IMG/VR virus record: IMGVR_UViG_3300045988_148646
Span: 1-32,000 of that record
Source: a virus
DNA: 32,000 nt
Direction: 5' to 3' (one strand)
Shown: positions 7,108-16,908 of the stretch, piece by piece
Layout of the letters: each line of letters opens with the position of its first letter
Numbering within the stretch: the first letter of the stretch is position 1
Position numbers and translations under genes: made by a program
Notes under the pieces: generated by a model
What the model saw: only the letters and a program-made list of their open reading frames with translations
The model's database searches: none
Told to the model about the DNA's origin: nothing

Positions 7108-7401
7108 CTAGTCTCCTTTCACTTGAAGAATTCCTTTTAATGGTGTTTCTTTAATTCCGTTCACATCAATATGAACCATCCAATTATAAACACCAACAGA
7201 AAGTTCATCCGTTTGGCAAATCACCTTCAAAGATTCATCAATAGGAATTCTGATATATTCTTTGCCATCTTTATAAATAATGAACTCTAAAGAATCATCC
7301 TTACCAGGAACAAATACTTGTCCATTCTTATACTTAATTAAAATATCTGTATAGATGGTATCTCCTTGATTTATGAAAATATGATCTCTTTTAATTTCCA
7401 T
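7108..7401 (-). CDS. Small beta-rich tail/baseplate accessory protein
   Basis: The likely start is ATG 7401 (MEIKRDHIF), 2 nt after the upstream stop. The ORF-track start at 7437 would overlap the upstream gene by 34 nt. Confidence 0.55.
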   Translation of the reverse strand: MEIKRDHIFINQGDTIYTDILIKYKNGQVFVPGKDDSLEFIIYKDGKEYIRIPIDESLKVICQTDELSVGVYNWMVHIDVNGIKETPLKGILQVKGD

Positions 7402-7403
7402 TT

Positions 7404-8450
7404 TTAATCCTCTCCATATCTTTTTGCACCCTTCCATTGCAATCCTGTATCACAATAAAGTCTACACTTCTCAAATGTTTTTCCATCACTACTCAAAACA
7501 AATGATTTTCCTTTTCTCCATTTGTTTCCATCAAACACCCATACTTCTCTATAAGATGCGGATGCAATGATATAAAAGTAATAATAATCACTCATTCTTC
7601 CTAAAGTATCTGTTACATAAACAAACATTCTATACTGATTACCATTTGATACCTTGAACTCCTTAGTTAAATTACTTGAAGTGATACCGTCTCCCATGCC
7701 ATCATAATCCCAGCAACTCTTAGCAACATGTGAATCATCTGTTGTATGTGCAACGCATACTGCATTATCATACTTATCATCAATATGGGATATAGTTACA
7801 TCTACACTCGTAACAGATATTTTTTTATAGTCTTCTAATGTCGTTGCATTTAATACCGTTTGAAGTAAGTATGATCCTGAACAGTCTGCCATAAACGGTT
7901 CGATATGAAATTCATAACTTGTCGAACCTTTCAGTCCACTTACAACATGCGTACCATTTAATTTGTCCACAATAAACTTTTGTGTTTCACTTGAATAAAT
8001 ACGCAAAGTATACAAATTGTAAGGATTCGTTTTTAGCCTTCCATAAATAGAAATTGAGGTACTATTAATATCTGTTATCTTTGCTTCATATGTTGGCAAT
8101 TCAATCTTAGGTGTAGTCAATCTTGCTTTTCCTGATAAATTTGGCCATCCTTGACAACTCGCATTCCATTCAAAAGACCGTTGCCTATTGCAATACATAG
8201 GGTCATTAATTTGTCCTAGATAATACCATCCTGAATCCTGGATATAATTTAAATCCCATCTTGAAATAGTTTTAGATAGTCCTCCAAGTCTAACAACGTT
8301 GGTTGCTTGAATTTTGAAGTTTCCAGTGAACCTAAACCTTACATCAGCTTTAAATTTTAAATTTGGATACGATCCTTCATATTTCTCATTGTAAGATTCA
8401 AACGTAAGTATTAATTGCGGATTATATTGTAATGTTGCTAAAACAGTCAT
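7404..8450 (-). CDS. Baseplate/tail fibre-associated structural protein with an FN3-like segment
   Basis: 348 aa located between baseplate genes. The central segment ITDINSTSISIYG..YTLRIYS..VSGLKGSTSYEFHIEP looks like fibronectin type III. Confidence 0.55.
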   Translation of the reverse strand: MTVLATLQYNPQLILTFESYNEKYEGSYPNLKFKADVRFRFTGNFKIQATNVVRLGGLSKTISRWDLNYIQDSGWYYLGQINDPMYCNRQRSFEWNASCQGWPNLSGKARLTTPKIELPTYEAKITDINSTSISIYGRLKTNPYNLYTLRIYSSETQKFIVDKLNGTHVVSGLKGSTSYEFHIEPFMADCSGSYLLQTVLNATTLEDYKKISVTSVDVTISHIDDKYDNAVCVAHTTDDSHVAKSCWDYDGMGDGITSSNLTKEFKVSNGNQYRMFVYVTDTLGRMSDYYYFYIIASASYREVWVFDGNKWRKGKSFVLSSDGKTFEKCRLYCDTGLQWKGAKRYGED

Positions 8451-8453
8451 ATA

Positions 8454-9050
8454 CTATCCCTCATATTTGATATAGATATCTCCAGCTTTATCCCCATCTT
8501 GTACAACAGGATCTGATGTACCATATCTAACATTAACTGTTAATTTCAGTTGATTTTGAAATTGAGCAACATAATTTTCCAATTCACTCTTAAATGCATT
8601 TACTTTCGCAACCAATTCCATCATTGATTTATATTCTTCAGTTGATTCTAACGATTCTTGCGCTGCAAGATTATCAACAACCTTAATCTTAAAATTAAAT
8701 GTTGTGACAAACGTTCCACTAGATTCTAATGTTACCTGGCATTCACAAATCCCTAATTCTGCCAAGATGTTTTTAAAAGTTTCTGTATCTGAGAATTCAA
8801 TTTCGTACGCATTTGAATTCTCAAACCTTGAGACAGATGTTGAACCAACACTAACCATTAATCCACTCGGCTTTTTAGTCCATAAAATCGCATGCAAAGA
8901 ATCATCAACATTTGAACTATTACTAGTAATCACATCATCACTGACAAAAATTCTTAATCCTCGTCCTGAATCAGCTCTTACCATTTCAACAATCAAGTTT
9001 TCATTTGGCTTTGTTAAACTAACTGTTAAATCACTATACACAATTGCCAT
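8454..9050 (-). CDS. Baseplate upper protein-like (BppU N-domain-like)
   Basis: The likely start is ATG 9050 (MAIVYSDLTV), with a GAGG SD 6 nt upstream. It follows Tal, as in lactococcal-type baseplates. Confidence 0.5.
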   Translation of the reverse strand: MAIVYSDLTVSLTKPNENLIVEMVRADSGRGLRIFVSDDVITSNSSNVDDSLHAILWTKKPSGLMVSVGSTSVSRFENSNAYEIEFSDTETFKNILAELGICECQVTLESSGTFVTTFNFKIKVVDNLAAQESLESTEEYKSMMELVAKVNAFKSELENYVAQFQNQLKLTVNVRYGTSDPVVQDGDKAGDIYIKYEG

Positions 9051-9051
9051 G

Positions 9052-10632
9052 TTATACCTCACTTTCTAATACAAGATCTAAATCTTCAGGACGTTCCGTA
9101 ATCAAGTTATAGGTTAATTTATTTAAATAAAACCTTTCTCGTTTTCCAAAATCAGTCTCTACAAAAATCGAATCATTTATTTTTAATGTCTGTGCATTCG
9201 GCACATTGTACGTAAATAATTCTTCAAATTTAATAGACGTTTCCGTTTTCGGTTCTTGCAGTTCTTTCTCCAAAGATTTTTTTGCCTGTATTCTAAGATA
9301 GTTTCTTAAGTTTGCTTCATTTGTAAATACACCCAACGTTGTTTTCTTTGCTTGTGAATCATCCGCAATCAATTTGATATCGGAATATTCTTTCACATCA
9401 ATTCTGTGAATTTCATTCGTATCCCAATTACTAGCCTTGATAATCTCGTGATTTGGTAAAATGCGTCCATTGTACGCTTTAGGTATGATTCCTGTAACTA
9501 CATTTTCCATTGATTTTTTCTGAGTATATTCTGACATTTCTTTATTACTTATAAAGAAATCGTTTGGCTTCAAATTGGAAGCATAATAATCCGGATTTCC
9601 AAAGTAGCAATCATAATTGTTGAACATCGCAACAAATCTATCCCTTTCACATTCAGGCCATCTGTTCATCATAGAATTTTCTTCTGTTCCAAACAAACAT
9701 TGAATCAGATTATATCGAACCCAATATGCCGTTTGTGTGGAATCCACATCTTCAATCATCCATTTACAAGCATTTCCTACACTTTTATCTGCAACGATAA
9801 CTTTATTTCCATTTCCAATGCTTGTTGAACCAGGATAAATGCTATAACCTACGTTTCCATATGGAGCAATATCATAACTAGATCCATTGTTTATGAACAA
9901 CCATTTTTCAGAATCATCTGAAGGGCTTTCGGATAGACTGCCTAGCACAACCTTTCCTGAATCCAATTTCAACCATCTACATGAACATAATGATAAAATT
10001 CCATATATATCTCCATATTCGTTTGGCCCTACTTTTTTCAACATGAAAGTCTGTGCAGACGTTCTGTTTCTTTGATACATCTGTAATTGTATAGATGCAT
10101 CTTCACTTGCACCTGGAACATCTAAGCAATATCCATTGCTTAGAGCATTACGGAAATAAACTATTTTTCCATCTTCTGCACTAACATTCGCATAATTTGC
10201 ATATTCCCCATGTCCATAAATTTTATAAGGATAATTGGGCCGTGAATTTGTAATAATATCATTTGCGGTATTCACTGCATCTTGCCACGTACCACTCATA
10301 GTACGATCATCAAACACAAACACTTCTTTTTGAGAATCAAAGAACACATGTGTTGCATAGCATGTATATGTATCGCTTTGCTTGTTGTATTTTGGATACG
10401 CAATTCTATATAACTGAGGTTCTTCAAAATTTATATCCACTTTAAACACGGATTCATCACTGATTTCCATACCCATCAAATCACTTTTTGGAAATTCTAT
10501 TTCTACGCACCAAATAGAATTTCTTTCAAATACTGCTTTAGCACTAACACAATGTTTTAAAATTACATCTCCATTACGTTCTTTCATTTGTGCATATGTT
10601 GTTTTTTTTCTAGAAAAGAATAAATGAATCAT
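9052..10632 (-). CDS. Tail-associated protein (Tal / prophage tail endopeptidase family N-terminus) with an inserted ricin-type beta-trefoil
   Basis: 526 aa, immediately after Dit. Residues 155-296 show three subrepeats ending in AQTF, EKW and CKW (QxW-like), starting from GYCLDVPG. Confidence 0.65.
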   Translation of the reverse strand: MIHLFFSRKKTTYAQMKERNGDVILKHCVSAKAVFERNSIWCVEIEFPKSDLMGMEISDESVFKVDINFEEPQLYRIAYPKYNKQSDTYTCYATHVFFDSQKEVFVFDDRTMSGTWQDAVNTANDIITNSRPNYPYKIYGHGEYANYANVSAEDGKIVYFRNALSNGYCLDVPGASEDASIQLQMYQRNRTSAQTFMLKKVGPNEYGDIYGILSLCSCRWLKLDSGKVVLGSLSESPSDDSEKWLFINNGSSYDIAPYGNVGYSIYPGSTSIGNGNKVIVADKSVGNACKWMIEDVDSTQTAYWVRYNLIQCLFGTEENSMMNRWPECERDRFVAMFNNYDCYFGNPDYYASNLKPNDFFISNKEMSEYTQKKSMENVVTGIIPKAYNGRILPNHEIIKASNWDTNEIHRIDVKEYSDIKLIADDSQAKKTTLGVFTNEANLRNYLRIQAKKSLEKELQEPKTETSIKFEELFTYNVPNAQTLKINDSIFVETDFGKRERFYLNKLTYNLITERPEDLDLVLESEV

Positions 10633-10634
10633 CT

Positions 10635-11417
10635 TTATTTCTCCCTATAATTACGTATAATTTCTGCACGAATAGCACCAATATCCGTTGTGATCAATAC
10701 ATTATTTGAACCATAATTAAATTTAAGTCCGTCAAAAGATCCACTTGTTTTCAATGTGTCATATTTATACGTTCCATTTTTATAGTATGTTTTCATATAA
10801 GAATTCTCTGTATTGATTTCAACATAAGAAATATCCGATGTACCATTGAAAGGATTTGTGATTGTAAAATTATTTCCATTACAATTGATCGTAATGTTTT
10901 TCGCATTCATGGAAGTGTTATATAAACGATAGATTGGATATGCTGTTTCATAATAATTCGCAAGTTCTACCTTTTTACCACTTACAATATCGTATGGTCT
11001 TGAATACTTATTTACGTATCTGTAAGGTTCACAAATAAATGTGATTGTAAATTCGCTTCCTCTTCCAAAGTCTCTTGAATCTATATCAAACGTTACATTT
11101 TTTACCTTCCAATAATGTTCTCTATCATCACTAGTTAACTCCAATATTCCTTTATTTCCATTAAAATATTGTTGAATTTTATAGATACGATCTAGATATT
11201 CTTTCTTGCTATTTAAAACAAAGTTGCATTTGATAGGAATTTTGCGATCTTGATATACACCTGTATGACGATACGATGTCGTACCGTCACCAAGTGTAGA
11301 TGTTTCTACAATTTCCTCTGCCATAGGAATAACAGGACGTTCGCTTACCTTTAATAAATACATAATATTTTGCGTATAACGCAGTTTATTTTCAGGTGTA
11401 AATCTAAAATGATACAT
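10635..11417 (-). CDS. Distal tail protein (Dit)
   Basis: It lies directly after the tape measure gene. The likely start is ATG 11417 (MYHFRF), with a GGAGGT SD 6 nt upstream. Size is about 260 aa. Confidence 0.7.
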   Translation of the reverse strand: MYHFRFTPENKLRYTQNIMYLLKVSERPVIPMAEEIVETSTLGDGTTSYRHTGVYQDRKIPIKCNFVLNSKKEYLDRIYKIQQYFNGNKGILELTSDDREHYWKVKNVTFDIDSRDFGRGSEFTITFICEPYRYVNKYSRPYDIVSGKKVELANYYETAYPIYRLYNTSMNAKNITINCNGNNFTITNPFNGTSDISYVEINTENSYMKTYYKNGTYKYDTLKTSGSFDGLKFNYGSNNVLITTDIGAIRAEIIRNYREK

Positions 11418-11418
11418 T

Positions 11419-14400
11419 CTATGAACCTCCATTTCCCCATGATTTCAACATATCTCGAATTGATATAATTTCTTGTACAGTATCTGTAACAACATTTCCA
11501 TCCAATTGCATAGGTTGTAGATTGATTGTTAGATTACAATTCCCAATCGCATTAATCATTTGATCCAATCTATTTGTGATTGCACTCAAATTTATATTAC
11601 CTACGCTTCCAACGCTTCGTGATGTAGTTCCACTCATAATAGCTGTTGTAGCATTCGCAACAGATGCATATGGACTGATATCAGAATATGTAGCGATTGC
11701 ATCTGCACTCATTGGCATAATATCTGTATCAACCACAGGTTTATCCGCATTAAACAAAGATTGTGGAAAATATTTTTTATTGTTATCACCTTCAACAACT
11801 GTCTTCTTTTTTGTTATTTCTGTATACGTGATAGGATGACTGTCAGCATAGCTTTGAGCTTTATCAATATTTGATTTAATATCTGAATAAGCTTTAGCGG
11901 AGCTAGTAACCATGTTATCTAAAGATGGTTGCAATGCTTTTTCCATTTTTCCACCCATAGTTCCAACAGCAGCTGATGTAGTACCATCATTCGCAAATGC
12001 ATCGGAAATACCAGTAATACAGTCATCAGCATCTTTTTTCAGTTTTTCTCCAGCTTCCTTCATATTAGGGTCTGTTTTTGCCATCATTTCTGTCACTGCT
12101 TCACCGACTGTCATCTGTCCGTTTACAACCTTTTCAGCTACACCATCAGGAATTTGTTGACCTTCCATTCCGGCAGTTTGAATAGCTTGCGCCAATGTGA
12201 TCAAACTATTCATCGCATTTGTAGCTTCGGTGATACTTCCACAGTTTGCCAAAATTCCATTCGCAACATCCATTGGTATTGACCCACCAATCATACCGGC
12301 TTTATCTACAAGTTGTTGAAAATTCATCAAACTAGCCATGTAGTTAGCTGCTTCTACCGCATTTGCAGTTCCATTTGTAATTCCTAATTGAATGTTCTGA
12401 GGAATTTGAATACCAGCTTGTGCAGCTTCTGCGGCTAAATCAACATATTGCTGTTTCATCGTTGCACCCATTTCAGTAAATGACTGCGTTTCTAAATAAT
12501 TTGATTGCAATATAGCCTGAGTCTGTGTTTCGTGCAATTTTGTATAAGAATCCGCTAAATCAGTGCATAAAGTTGTAATAGTATCTTTCAATGCACTTGA
12601 TTGATTCATGTATTCTTGCATTGACATCTGACCGTCAACATACTCTGCATTTAATTTTTTAAATGCTTCTGTTGTGCTCTTTATGCTTTCTGTTAGTTCT
12701 GCATTCTTTAATTCCGCTTTTAATTGAGCAGTGGCATTTTTCTTTGCGATACTTGCCAACGCTTCTTGTTTTGCTTCTTCTTGAATCTGAGTGATTCTTT
12801 CTTTGATTGCATCAATACTTTTATAGTGCGCATCCTCATTTAGATTTAACTTGCCAGTATTCGCATCAATCTCCACTCCTAAATCAGGATAAAGTTGATT
12901 TAACTCCCTAACCGCTTCTGCAAGCATAGTCTTTTGTGTAGCATTTAAAGATTCTTTTGCGTTAAGATCTTCAATTGTTTTCATCAAATGACTTGCTGTT
13001 TTGTTGTTTTGAGTATACTGAGTTACAATTTCACCCATGCTTGTCTTAACTTTAGACATTGACTTTGCATACTTCTCATAACCATCAACAACTTTTAATG
13101 TAACTGCATAATCTGTATCTTTATATGCAAGCTCTTTATTTGCAGTTTCCATCGCTTCCTTGCGCGTTTTATCCGCCCAAACAACAGCACCTGCGAAAGC
13201 ACCAAGTGCAACTGTAACAGCAGTGATTGCTGGATGTGTTAGCACAAAACCTTTTGCCAAAGAAAGTACAGAAGTACTTGCTAATTCTCCTGCTTTTGCA
13301 GCATCACCAAATCCATCTGCTACTTTTTCTAAGCTTGGATGTGCTTTAGTAAAGAATTTAACAGCGCTTTGCGTTGCACCAGCTACTTTACTTACACCTT
13401 TTGCGGTTGGATAAGCGGCTGCCGTCAACAATAACATCTTTGCGATTGTCTGTTGTGTTCCTTCATCTAAATTAGAGAATGCGTTAGCTGCCTTTTTTAC
13501 TATCTTTAATAGATCTGTTAAAGTAGGTGTAAATGCCTGACCTAATTCATTACCAGCTTGCTTAATAGCTTCCCACGTTTGAGATAATTGAGATTTCAAA
13601 GTCGCATAACGCTTTTCTGCTTCGTTTGCCATTGCCGTATTGTCATTCCAGGCATTTTTAGAAACATTTAATGCACTAGCCAATACATCCGAACTTTGTG
13701 CCAAAGCACCCATTGACTGTGCTTGTCGTACTTCCTTAATACCTAGCTCATCTAATGTTTTTGTAACATCCGCCGATTTTCCAATACCTTCTACAAACTT
13801 TAAGAATGTTCCTGCTGCATCTTCTCCCCAAGCCTTTTGGAATTGTTGAGAAGTCATGCCAGACACTTCTGCAAACTTTTGTAGTTTCTTATCTCCAGTA
13901 GAAACAGATAGATCAATTGTCTTTAACATTTTAGAGACAGAACTACCACCGGCAGCGGCTTCAATACCTAATGAAGATAATGCAGTTGATAATCCTAATA
14001 CTTGGTTAGAGTTAAAGCCTACCATCTTACCTGCAACACCTAATCGTGTTGCCATTGCCATGATATCTGCTTCGGTTGTAGAGAATTTATTTCCCAAGTC
14101 TACGATTGTAGAACCTAAACGAGAATAATATGTATTCGTCTTTTTAGACTGTGAAACCATTACGTTTGAGAATTTGGCAATGCTTTGTGCTGCTTCTTCA
14201 CCAACAAGATTTGTAGTATCACCCAATTCTGTAATAGTTTTAGTAAATCCAACAATAGAATCTGTAGGGATACCCATTTGTCCTGCAAGTTCTGCATAAT
14301 GTGCAATATCTTGATAGGTACTCGATGTAGTTTGTGCAAGATTTTTTAAGCCTGCATTGATTTTTTCAAACTGTTGAGGGGTTGCATTTACTGTTTTTGT

Positions 14401-15189
14401 AACACCTGTCCACGCATCTTCAAATTCAATGGCCGCCTTTGTAGCGGCTGCAATACCTGCAAAAGATAGCATAGAATACGGCTTTACTGTATTCGCAAAC
14501 TGTAATGATTTTGAGCTTACTTTTCCTAACGTATCATACAGTCTTAACAATGTTTCATTCGTTGAAATGAATGATTTTGACATACCTGCCAATTCATTTT
14601 TAAGTCCTAAAGCACCTGCTTTTAAACCTAGATATGTGCGTTGAGAATCTTCGTATGTACTGCCTAAATCAACCAATACCTTTTTTTGTTCGGCAATACC
14701 TGAAGTACAATCATCCATTGCTTCTTTTAAAGTGACATTTCGTGAAGCTAATCTTTGGATAGCATTTTCGCCTTGTTCTGCCGAACGCGTACCATTCGCA
14801 ATAGCTTCTTTCCATGCATTGATTTGTTTATTGTTATCTGTATATTCTTTATTCAAAGAATTAAACGTGTGAGTGTAATTATCAATAGACTTTGATGCAG
14901 AAGCAACCGCATCTGACCACTGCTTCTGTGTCTTTGGATAATTCATCAGTTTCTTGTTATAGACTTCCAATTGCTTAGTTGTGCTTTTGATTTTATCTTG
15001 TAACAAGTTCTGATATGTCGCAAAGGACTGAAAATCTCCTTCGTTGAATTTCATAGAAGATTTCAGTTTTGACATTGTTTTATCTAATCCTGCTGTTTCG
15101 GACTTTATTTTATTAATCGCTTTTTGAAAGCCTGTAGTATCTCCATCAATTTTTACGGAGATACCTCTTACTTGACTATAACCTGACAA
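11419..15189 (-). CDS. Tape measure protein
   Basis: 1256 aa, mostly helical and Ala/Gln/Lys-rich, downstream of the G/GT chaperone pair. It uses a TTG start at 15189 with an AGGAGGT SD. Confidence 0.9.
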   Translation of the reverse strand: MSGYSQVRGISVKIDGDTTGFQKAINKIKSETAGLDKTMSKLKSSMKFNEGDFQSFATYQNLLQDKIKSTTKQLEVYNKKLMNYPKTQKQWSDAVASASKSIDNYTHTFNSLNKEYTDNNKQINAWKEAIANGTRSAEQGENAIQRLASRNVTLKEAMDDCTSGIAEQKKVLVDLGSTYEDSQRTYLGLKAGALGLKNELAGMSKSFISTNETLLRLYDTLGKVSSKSLQFANTVKPYSMLSFAGIAAATKAAIEFEDAWTGVTKTVNATPQQFEKINAGLKNLAQTTSSTYQDIAHYAELAGQMGIPTDSIVGFTKTITELGDTTNLVGEEAAQSIAKFSNVMVSQSKKTNTYYSRLGSTIVDLGNKFSTTEADIMAMATRLGVAGKMVGFNSNQVLGLSTALSSLGIEAAAGGSSVSKMLKTIDLSVSTGDKKLQKFAEVSGMTSQQFQKAWGEDAAGTFLKFVEGIGKSADVTKTLDELGIKEVRQAQSMGALAQSSDVLASALNVSKNAWNDNTAMANEAEKRYATLKSQLSQTWEAIKQAGNELGQAFTPTLTDLLKIVKKAANAFSNLDEGTQQTIAKMLLLTAAAYPTAKGVSKVAGATQSAVKFFTKAHPSLEKVADGFGDAAKAGELASTSVLSLAKGFVLTHPAITAVTVALGAFAGAVVWADKTRKEAMETANKELAYKDTDYAVTLKVVDGYEKYAKSMSKVKTSMGEIVTQYTQNNKTASHLMKTIEDLNAKESLNATQKTMLAEAVRELNQLYPDLGVEIDANTGKLNLNEDAHYKSIDAIKERITQIQEEAKQEALASIAKKNATAQLKAELKNAELTESIKSTTEAFKKLNAEYVDGQMSMQEYMNQSSALKDTITTLCTDLADSYTKLHETQTQAILQSNYLETQSFTEMGATMKQQYVDLAAEAAQAGIQIPQNIQLGITNGTANAVEAANYMASLMNFQQLVDKAGMIGGSIPMDVANGILANCGSITEATNAMNSLITLAQAIQTAGMEGQQIPDGVAEKVVNGQMTVGEAVTEMMAKTDPNMKEAGEKLKKDADDCITGISDAFANDGTTSAAVGTMGGKMEKALQPSLDNMVTSSAKAYSDIKSNIDKAQSYADSHPITYTEITKKKTVVEGDNNKKYFPQSLFNADKPVVDTDIMPMSADAIATYSDISPYASVANATTAIMSGTTSRSVGSVGNINLSAITNRLDQMINAIGNCNLTINLQPMQLDGNVVTDTVQEIISIRDMLKSWGNGGS

Positions 15190-15201
15190 TTTTAGTACCT
15201 C

Positions 15202-15818
15202 CTAAAATCTGTCAAAGTCGCTTTGGACTGCTTTACGAATACGAATTTTGTTTTTTGAATTATTTACTTTGGACTGCATATTTCCACGTGCAATAATCAA
15301 ATCAAACAATCTTCCTATGCCCATATCCTCTATTTCATCTATTTTTAATCCTAAATTTAATCCGCCTAATACTAAATCAGTGTAGCTTACACTTCTTTTT
15401 TTTTATCATCTGAAACCACTTGATCGGATTCATCCTGTACCGTTGCTTTATTCGCATTGATAACTTGTTCTAGAATAACAACTCCGCTCATTACATAGGT
15501 TTGATAATCTTCAATTTCATCAACAAAATCTTGGAACGCTTTTGTTTCTTTTCCATGATATGCGTCATACGTCTTGATACATACCCAAACTAATCTTTCA
15601 AAAAATAAAGATCCGTTTGCTTGCAATAAAACGAAATAAGGATCTCGATCAGGATTTCCTTCACGAACATTTTTTTCGATAGCTTCGCCAAATTTAATTT
15701 GCACTTCCTGAATATCCACTAACAAATCTCTGTTGAAACAATCTCTATAAATGCTAGCCGTTTTGCCTTTATACAATAAATTATATTTTTTACCATCAAT
15801 ACTTAGTGTCTGTTCCAT
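15202..15818 (-). CDS. Tail assembly chaperone GT fusion, made by a -1 programmed frameshift
   Basis: I translated the -1 frame from the A9 run by hand. It stays open for 64 codons (RSVSYTDLVLGGLNLGLKIDEIEDMGIGRLFDLIIARGNMQSKVNNSKNKIRIRKAVQSDFDRF) and ends at TAG 15202-15204, inside the TMP SD region. Confidence 0.7.
15387..15818 (-). CDS. Tail assembly chaperone (gpG-like)
   Basis: 143 aa between the major tail protein and the TMP. It ends ..DDKKKEV on a slippery A9 run. Confidence 0.8.
   Translation of the reverse strand: MEQTLSIDGKKYNLLYKGKTASIYRDCFNRDLLVDIQEVQIKFGEAIEKNVREGNPDRDPYFVLLQANGSLFFERLVWVCIKTYDAYHGKETKAFQDFVDEIEDYQTYVMSGVVILEQVINANKATVQDESDQVVSDDKKKEV
15396..15404 (-). other. 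Slippery A9 tract (GAU GAU AAA AAA AAA GAA) for the G/GT -1 frameshift
   Basis: A T9 run on the plus strand, 3 codons before the gpG stop codon. Confidence 0.7.
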
Positions 15819-15829
15819 ATAACCTCACA

Positions 15830-15849
15830 AAGAGGGGGTTGCCCCTCTT
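15830..15849 (-). promoter_or_regulatory. GC-rich 8-bp hairpin at the major-tail/chaperone junction
   Basis: AAGAGGGG-gttg-CCCCTCTT overlaps the major tail stop codon and has no strong U-tract. It may be a partial terminator or mRNA-stabilising stem. Confidence 0.45.
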
Positions 15850-16492
15850 ATAATGTGCTCACTTCCTTGCCATTATCACTTTGTACAACTACCGGTGTAC
15901 CTTCTTCCTGGCTCATTTCAATAGCTTTTGGAGTAGGTAATGTTGGAGCAGTTGTAAAGAAATTCTCATAATTTGTATCGCCTTTACGACATTTTGACTT
16001 TACCCATTGATGATCACCTTGTTCTACAGGAACAGCCGTAATATCCATTGATGTAGTAGCAGGATCAGTGCTCTCTTCTTTTGTTTCACCTTCTACATTT
16101 GGTCGAGCAAATACAACCTTATAGAAGATATGTTTTGTAGCACTTACATCACCTTCAAATTGGAACATCAACGCAACATTATTAGGCAACACATTTGCAT
16201 CTTCTGCTAAGTTACCTTCTTCTGTTGTCACTGTATTGAAAATCATTTTTTCAATTTCTTCCGGAATTTCAGACATTTCCAAACTTCCTGAATATCCATT
16301 GTTTGTATTCGTTGTGAAATACGCAGTGTTATCTGCATAATATGTATTTGTATCTCCTTCTGGATCTAGAGTTAATGATTTAGCACCTTTCCATGCAGTA
16401 GGCGTACCATATGTAATTGATCCTGCACTTTCTGTAAGAGAACATACATGTACATTTTTTAGACCGAATCGTACTTTGTTTTTTTCTGCCAT
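15848..16492 (-). CDS. Major tail protein (phi13-like family)
   Basis: 214 aa. The N-terminus KVRFGLKNVHVCSLTE..GSITYGTP is typical of Firmicute siphovirus major tail proteins, and the position is upstream of the chaperone. Confidence 0.8.
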   Translation of the reverse strand: MAEKNKVRFGLKNVHVCSLTESAGSITYGTPTAWKGAKSLTLDPEGDTNTYYADNTAYFTTNTNNGYSGSLEMSEIPEEIEKMIFNTVTTEEGNLAEDANVLPNNVALMFQFEGDVSATKHIFYKVVFARPNVEGETKEESTDPATTSMDITAVPVEQGDHQWVKSKCRKGDTNYENFFTTAPTLPTPKAIEMSQEEGTPVVVQSDNGKEVSTL

Positions 16493-16497
16493 AGTTT

Positions 16498-16908
16498 TTA
16501 TCCTTTCAAATATTTTTCGATTAAACTTGGCAGTTCCTTGATTGCGTTTGTTTCTCCATCTTTCCAGTGCTTAAATGCACGTGTACGTCTAGGAGAATTC
16601 CATAAATTATGTCCGTTTTCTAACAAATGTGTTAATGAGTATTCGTGGCCACTCGCATAAATAACACCGCGTGTATGAGCTAATTCACGTTCTATCTTAT
16701 ATGTTATAGACCTTTTATATTTTCCCTTTCTGCGTGTGTTTCTATCGTCTACATTGGCCTTAGCTTTAATAATATCTTTAGAATCTTTTGTAGTTTCTTC
16801 TACTGCTCTATCAATCTGCGCCAAAGAATGCTCTTTATATTCTTGAATAATCTTTCTGATTTCAGGCCCAAGCTGCGACATATCGCAATATACATCATTG
16901 ACGGCCAA
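16498..16908 (-). CDS. HK97 gp10-like tail-completion/neck protein
   Basis: 136 aa with a SGHEYSLTHLLENGH motif. It uses a TTG start with a GGTGA SD. Confidence 0.65.
   Translation of the reverse strand: MAVNDVYCDMSQLGPEIRKIIQEYKEHSLAQIDRAVEETTKDSKDIIKAKANVDDRNTRRKGKYKRSITYKIERELAHTRGVIYASGHEYSLTHLLENGHNLWNSPRRTRAFKHWKDGETNAIKELPSLIEKYLKG

Noticed and set aside
4454-10632. A diversity-generating retroelement or phase-variable shufflon acting on the tail-fibre genes.
   Set aside because: There is no reverse transcriptase or invertase gene in the window, and I found no template/variable repeat pair or inverted-repeat-flanked segment.
11576-14644. Seven plus-strand ORFs of 69-90 aa inside the tape measure gene (11576, 11912, 13160, 13640, 13856, 14429 and others).
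   Set aside because: They are antisense shadows of a long, confident CDS with biased composition. They have no SD sequences, and their products are low-complexity Ala/Ser/Pro-rich.
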